The translations under genes and the position numbers were made by a program. A stretch of 64,000 nt of DNA from an uncultured Chlamydiae bacterium. Lineage in GTDB: Bacteria; Chlamydiota; Chlamydiia; Chlamydiales; JAJFMA01. The stretch is from assembly GCA_963713615.1 (NCBI GenBank), contig CAVQMM010000001.1:288001-352000 (forward strand), given 5' to 3'. The notes beneath the pieces were generated by a model. The model was not told the origin of the DNA and ran no database searches. It saw only the letters and a list, made by a program, of their open reading frames with translations. Below, one piece after another: positions 58,910 to 64,000 of this stretch. Each line of letters begins with the position of its first letter. Positions within the stretch are counted from its first letter, which is position 1.

Positions 58910-61900
58910 CTATGCTTGGATTCGGCTGAAGTCGAGGAGCCTCCCAAACAGCCCCAAGACACGTTGAAGCAAGGCAATGCGGTTCTGCTGAACTGCAGGG
59001 TCATCGGCTAGGATTTTGACCTCATCAAAGAGCGATGCAAGGGGTTGCTGAAGCTCTGCTATAAGAACATAGGCTTGCTCATAGTTCTGCTGTTGCAGGG
59101 CTTGCAAGAATGGCCCTTCAAGCGTTTGTAGGCGCTGATCGAGGTTTATCTCGGCCTTTTCACTGAGCAGAGCAGGGGAAAAGGTGGCGATTTTTTGACC
59201 ATCGAGCTGACCACTAGCGCGCTTAAATACTTCAAATAGCAGAGGGAAGCGGTTGTCGGTTGCACGGAAGTCGTGAAGAGCTTTGACGCGTAGGAAGGTG
59301 TCATAGATGTCGCTAACAGCCTGTGCCAAGCTGGCTTCGATCTCATCTTTGCGAACGTCGTATTCTAGGAAGACTGTTTTTACACGGCTGGTGACAAAGG
59401 CTTCCACCTCTTTGAGGACTTGGGCTTTTTGTGCGTGATATTTCTGGGGGAAGTGGTCAAAACAGAGGTCGAAGAGTTGTGGTAGCTGCAGGCGGTATCC
59501 GCCGCGGATGAGAATGCGCACAATACCTAAAACCTGGCGTCGTAGAGCATAGGGGTCACTGGAGGATGTGGGCTTTAGCCCTACAGCAAAGCAACCGAGA
59601 ATGTTGTCCACCTTTTCAGCTAGGCTAACGAGTGTGCCGGCGTCTGAAGTAGGCAGCGGAGCCCCTTCACCGCGTGGCATCCAATGCTCTTCGATGGCTA
59701 GAGCGACCTCATTGTTTTCTCCGTGAGCTTTGGCATAGTAGCGGCCGATGGTCCCTTGAAGCTCGGGGAACTCCCCAACCATGGCTGAGGCGAGGTCTGC
59801 TTTACAGAAAAGAGCCGCCCTTTCGGCAGTGGCGAGGTCGCCGAGAGGCAGAAGGTTATGTAGGACTTTGACGTGTTTGATCAGCCTTTCAACTTTTTCA
59901 TAGATCGTTCCAAGGTCCTTCTGAAAGGTGATGTGTTTTAGTTTCGCGTTGAAACTAGTCAGAGTTGTTTTGAGGTCCTGGTTGTAAAGAAACGCGCCAT
60001 CTTTAAGTCGTGCAGAAAGAACTTTGCGGTTGCCGTGGCGGATGGAGTCTGTCGGTTGGGTGTCTGCAGTGATAACGAAGAGGTTCTTAAGTGTTCCATT
60101 GGCATCGGCTACCGGGAAGTACTTTTGGTGCTCAACCATTTCGGATGTAAGGACTTCGTGAGGGATACTGAGGAAGGCTGGATCAAAATCGGAATAGGTC
60201 AGAGCTGGCCATTCGACTAGATAAAGGACTTGTGGTATGACCTTTTCCCGATACAATAATTGTGCCTTCAGCTCTTTCTCGAGCGCATCAATTTGTTTTT
60301 CAATATCGGCTCTGCGCGTTTCGATATCAGCCAAAACCCAATGCTTCTTGAGCGTTTCGATGTAGGCATCGGCCTGAGGGATGGTGAATTGACCAGGACA
60401 GCGTTGGCGATGCCCTTCTGAAGTATTGCCACTCACGAGGTCACCGACAGCAAAGGGGATCACCGTGTCGTCGATGAGGGCGACCACCCACTTCAGCGGA
60501 CGCGCATAGGTGAGTTCGGAGGTGCCCCAGTGCATTTTTTTGGGAAATTCGAGGTCTACAATGACCTTCGGCAATGCCTCCGCCAGTATAGCCGCTGTGG
60601 AGCGCCCCTCGGTTTTGATTAGAGCAAAGAGGTAGCGGTCTCCCTTGACTTCACGGATTTCTAGTTCGGGATCTGTGCCGGCGATGATCGTCTCATAGGA
60701 TGGAATAACCTTTCCTATCGAGCGGAAAAAACCTTCCGCAGCCTTCGTGGGGTTATGGTCACTGTCGAAAGCATTTGCCAAAGCAGGGCCACGACGTTCG
60801 GTGGCTTCGGCAGGACGACCTAGGGCCAGACCATGGATGCTAACGGCCAGTCTGCGCGGCGTGCCATAGATGGCGACGGATTCATAGGGAATGCCTTCCT
60901 TGCTGAGGATCTGTTCTAGGGCCTTCTGTAGGTTTGCCGTGCCCTTTGGAACGAATGTAGCAGGAAGCTCCTCAGAGCCGATCTCCAGGAGGAAAGTCCC
61001 CTTAGCTGAAGGAGATGCTTTGGCGAGCTTTTCGGGCAACGCACCCACTTGCACTGGAGTGGATTTGGTTTCTGGGGCATGGCGCAGTAGGGGGAATCCA
61101 AGACGCTCGCGGCTGGCAACATATTCCTGTGCCACAAGGCAAGCGAGATCGCGAATGCGTGCGATGTAGCCTGTGCGTTCCGTCACGGAAAAATAGCGAC
61201 GTGCATCTAACATATTAAACGCGTGGCTGGCTTTCATCACAAAGTCATAGGCCGGTATGGGAAGCTTGAGCTCTAGGAGATAACGAGCTTCGCGTTCGTA
61301 GTCGGCAAAATGGCGGAACCACATATCGGTAGAAGCATGCTCAAAATTATAGGTGCTCCATTCGATTTCGCTGGCGAGGTAGATATCGCCATATGTGAGT
61401 GTATCGTTCCACTGAAGATCATAGACGTTATCAACCTTCTGAAGGTACATGGCCAAACGTTCCAGGCCAATGGTCAGCTCTCCAGTAATTGGCTTTAGAG
61501 TTATCCCACCGACGCTTTGGAAGTAGGTATATTGGGTGATTTCCATGCCATCGCTCCAGACCTCCCAGCCCAATCCCCAAGCGCCCAAGGTCGGGGACTC
61601 CCAATCATCATGGACGAAACGGATGTCGTGATCTTTCAGATTTAGGCCGACAGCTTGCAAGGATTGGAGATAGAGGTCCTGCATATTCGGGGGAGAAGGC
61701 TTGAGGATCACCTGATATTGGAAATAATGCTGCAGGCGGTTAGGATTTTCACCATAGCGACCATCGGTAGGACGTCTGCTGGGTTCGACATAGGCAGCGC
61801 GGTAGGGCTCAGGGCCCAGAGCGCGTAGGAAGGTGGAGGGATTAAAAGTACCAGCACCGACCTCAAGGTCATAGCCTTGAAGAAGTGTACACCCTTGTTC

Positions 61901-61948
61901 ATGCCAAAAGTTTGAAAGACGCTGAATGAGTTGCTGAAATGTGAGCAT
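58910..61948 (-). CDS. glyQS: Glycine-tRNA ligase, fused alpha/beta
   Basis: [30 protein letters not shown] fused to [26 protein letters not shown]. Confidence 0.97.
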   Translation of the reverse strand: MLTFQQLIQRLSNFWHEQGCTLLQGYDLEVGAGTFNPSTFLRALGPEPYRAAYVEPSRRPTDGRYGENPNRLQHYFQYQVILKPSPPNMQDLYLQSLQAVGLNLKDHDIRFVHDDWESPTLGAWGLGWEVWSDGMEITQYTYFQSVGGITLKPITGELTIGLERLAMYLQKVDNVYDLQWNDTLTYGDIYLASEIEWSTYNFEHASTDMWFRHFADYEREARYLLELKLPIPAYDFVMKASHAFNMLDARRYFSVTERTGYIARIRDLACLVAQEYVASRERLGFPLLRHAPETKSTPVQVGALPEKLAKASPSAKGTFLLEIGSEELPATFVPKGTANLQKALEQILSKEGIPYESVAIYGTPRRLAVSIHGLALGRPAEATERRGPALANAFDSDHNPTKAAEGFFRSIGKVIPSYETIIAGTDPELEIREVKGDRYLFALIKTEGRSTAAILAEALPKVIVDLEFPKKMHWGTSELTYARPLKWVVALIDDTVIPFAVGDLVSGNTSEGHRQRCPGQFTIPQADAYIETLKKHWVLADIETRRADIEKQIDALEKELKAQLLYREKVIPQVLYLVEWPALTYSDFDPAFLSIPHEVLTSEMVEHQKYFPVADANGTLKNLFVITADTQPTDSIRHGNRKVLSARLKDGAFLYNQDLKTTLTSFNAKLKHITFQKDLGTIYEKVERLIKHVKVLHNLLPLGDLATAERAALFCKADLASAMVGEFPELQGTIGRYYAKAHGENNEVALAIEEHWMPRGEGAPLPTSDAGTLVSLAEKVDNILGCFAVGLKPTSSSDPYALRRQVLGIVRILIRGGYRLQLPQLFDLCFDHFPQKYHAQKAQVLKEVEAFVTSRVKTVFLEYDVRKDEIEASLAQAVSDIYDTFLRVKALHDFRATDNRFPLLFEVFKRASGQLDGQKIATFSPALLSEKAEINLDQRLQTLEGPFLQALQQQNYEQAYVLIAELQQPLASLFDEVKILADDPAVQQNRIALLQRVLGLFGRLLDFSRIQA

Positions 61949-62144
61949 AGAATACCTAACCACCTGGCTGTAAATTGTGACGCCAAGTGTACTGCGCAGA
62001 CGCATTTCTCTCAACAGCAGAACGAAGCATCTCATTAATGGATTTGTGATAGTTTGTTCAATTGTTCTGTTTGGATTGACTAAAAGTAGTGACTGTGAAA
62101 AACTAGACACCCTTAGCAAGAATAAACATGTTAAAAAGGGGTAA

Positions 62145-62855
62145 ATGATGGTTTCGATAAAAGATTGCGTTCTTTATGTTCCTTTGGTTGCGGCATCAAC
62201 TGCGGGTTTTGCTGGCGCTGTAGGTGGATTAATATGGCGTGAGGCCAATGGCATCGAGCATACCTTTAAGATTACTAAAGATGTTGTTGAGAATGCATGT
62301 AAGGACTTTACCTTCCTTAAGGCCATTAACGATCCAATGCAGGAGCTTGCCAAGGATCAAATCGGCTACAAATACTGCTTTTCTGGGCTATGCCTTACAT
62401 TGAAAAATAGCGGTCCAGCAGTGTTATGCCTCAGTATTTTAGGGCTATCCTATTTTGCTGCTAAAATAGATAAAAAAACTAAGTGGATGGGGATATTAGC
62501 AGGCGCTTTGCCCATGGCTATGGGTATTTTGGCGGATCGGAACATTCAGCCGTTGTGGGCTGATGCATTGGGATCCGTGGGATTTAGCCTAGAAGCTTCC
62601 GGACACATAGCGATGATGTCAGCTGTTGGTCTAGCCTTAGGATTAGCCGACCGTTGCGCCAGCAATACCAAGAGTTGGAGCTTGGTACGAGTTATAACAG
62701 CGTCGATTGCTCTTGCCTACAGTATTGGCACGGCTGTTTTGGTATTTAATACCGCTGCTTGTCGTCACACCGTGGTCGAAGTTCTAGATGGGATATCTTG
62801 GTTTGGAACAGTTGGGATTATTTTGAGTGGAATCGCTGTGGTTGCTTCCCGCTAG
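62145..62855 (+). CDS. Hypothetical polytopic membrane protein
   Basis: 236 aa, several hydrophobic segments. Confidence 0.78.
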   Translation: MMVSIKDCVLYVPLVAASTAGFAGAVGGLIWREANGIEHTFKITKDVVENACKDFTFLKAINDPMQELAKDQIGYKYCFSGLCLTLKNSGPAVLCLSILGLSYFAAKIDKKTKWMGILAGALPMAMGILADRNIQPLWADALGSVGFSLEASGHIAMMSAVGLALGLADRCASNTKSWSLVRVITASIALAYSIGTAVLVFNTAACRHTVVEVLDGISWFGTVGIILSGIAVVASR

Positions 62856-62889
62856 TATTTAGACCCTAGCGGTAGGAAAGGACTTTAAG

Positions 62890-63013
62890 CAGCAATTCCC
62901 GCTAAAAAATGACATAACACCCCAGAATGGGGTGTAAGAGATTAGCCCAGGGTCAGGCCGCCCCGATAGGGGCAACGCAACCCTGGGTAGAGGTGAATTA
63001 GCGGGAATTGCTG
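62890..63013. mobile_element. Family G MITE (124 bp), 9-bp TSD
   Basis: 16-bp TIR CAGCAATTCCCGCTAA; TSD GACTTTAAG at 62881-62889 and 63014-63022. Confidence 0.9.
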
Positions 63014-63021
63014 GACTTTAA

Positions 63022-63301
63022 GTGGTAATTGCAAAACTATTTGAGCCTTTGAGAATCGCCTTCTCGCAGAAAAAGGGGCCTTGTTCACCTTTACGGTCAG
63101 AATTTCGGTCGGACGAAAAAGGTCGGATGTCGTGGTTTGTGACGAGGGCATAGCGCCAGCTATGTCCGAGGAGCAAAACGCGACAGACGATCCTTTTGCA
63201 GTCGACCGAAAACTGACCGCAAAGGTGAATAAGGCCGAAAAAGGTAACCTTTTTTCCTAAGAATCGATCCTTAAGGGCTCAAATAATTTTGCAATTACCT
63301 C
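63022..63301. mobile_element. Mini family D element (two right-type ends) hosting an F element
   Basis: GTGGTAATTGCAAAA.TATTTGAGCC ... GGCTCAAATAATTTTGCAATTACCTC. Confidence 0.85.
63077..63236 (-). mobile_element. Family F MITE (160 bp), 8-bp TSD
   Basis: Exact reverse complement of 43227-43386; TSD GAAAAAGG. Confidence 0.95.
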
Positions 63302-63447
63302 CTCCTATCTCCGTGCTCTCTGTGGTAAAATTCTAAAAAGCCCCACAAATTTTAAAAAACGAAACTAACCAAATAGATGAACTAATGCGTTCACCTGTTT
63401 GGTTAGTTTATTTTTTTGTTTTAAACATATAATTTTAAAACTATTTA

Positions 63448-63476
63448 TTGTGAATAATAATGAGACTGTATATAAT
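63448..63476 (+). promoter_or_regulatory. Sigma66/70-type promoter
   Basis: TTGTGA-17-TATAAT. Confidence 0.65.
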
Positions 63477-63508
63477 GGTTTGAGATAGTAAAAAACATTG
63501 GAGATATT

Positions 63509-64000
63509 ATGATAATAGATCAAGGTGTTAATAATCATCAGCAAATCAATCATCAACAGCCAGCAATCAAGCGTGGTTCAATAGTTGGTAAGGCTTTATC
63601 TTACTCGGCGACTATTGGAACGATGGCCGGGGTGGCCGTAGGCTGGTATCAAAGAATCTCGGAAAACATGCTGCCGGATTTCAAGTCTAAGGCTTTATGT
63701 GTCACGAAGTTCAATAGCCCAATCATGCAGACGATGAATGCGGGTATGCAGGCATATATTAAAACTGGGCTAAAGTATGTTATTCCCGGGGTTAGCATAG
63801 CTTTGCTGACAGTGCCACCAGTCGTGCGCGGGATCAATGCTTGGCGTAGCGAGGGAGGCGACAAATCGTTGGTTCGCCATATTGTGGATGCTGGCAAAAC
63901 GGTGTCTTGGAGCAAGGTTGCATTAGCTGCGTCATTAGTTGGACTAGCTATGGTGACAGGAGCTAATCGTTCCTTTTGGATTTCTAATTTACCTTTTATC
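63509..64000 (+). CDS. Hypothetical membrane protein, 5' part (not in ORF track)
   Basis: Manual translation MIIDQGVNNHQQ...FWISNLPFI, open to window end; GGAGA RBS. Confidence 0.75.
   Translation, partial: MIIDQGVNNHQQINHQQPAIKRGSIVGKALSYSATIGTMAGVAVGWYQRISENMLPDFKSKALCVTKFNSPIMQTMNAGMQAYIKTGLKYVIPGVSIALLTVPPVVRGINAWRSEGGDKSLVRHIVDAGKTVSWSKVALAASLVGLAMVTGANRSFWISNLPFI

Noticed and set aside
61949..62119. 57-aa N-terminal extension of glyQS in the ORF track
   Set aside because: GlyQ homology begins at MLTFQQ (61948), which has an AGGTGG RBS; the alpha/beta fusion itself is normal for chlamydiae

Overview
Chromosomal window from an environmental Chlamydiota-type genome (fused glyQS, rnhC, gatCAB, tandem MarC, PLD, Inc-like hydrophobic ORFs). 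It holds a Wsp/ACF-type chemosensory operon (cheW-cheR/TPR-cheW-cheA-MCP-MCP) and housekeeping genes (brnQ, xerD, gatCAB, recN, rnhC, truA, dapB, recD2, dnaG, glyQS). It also holds an accessory block (AAA ATPase, TIGR04255-small protein-PIN, S41 peptidase), an imuB-dnaE2 cassette without imuA, and a six-gene family of candidate inclusion/effector proteins with upstream 11-bp-periodic CTTAA boxes. The most striking signal is non-coding: about 25 copies of at least 8 families of non-autonomous palindromic elements (labelled A-I here), with no transposase in the window. Several have TIRs and family-specific target duplications (TA, 8, 9, 10-11 and 13 bp), carry REP-like hairpin cargo, and insert into one another at specific sites. 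One sits in frame inside a CDS and one between the RBS and start codon of xerD. Other observations: a promoter-driven ~210-nt structured RNA candidate, a homopolymer-frameshifted membrane gene, and apparent leaderless promoters on DNA-metabolism genes. All calls were made by eye; no database searches were run.
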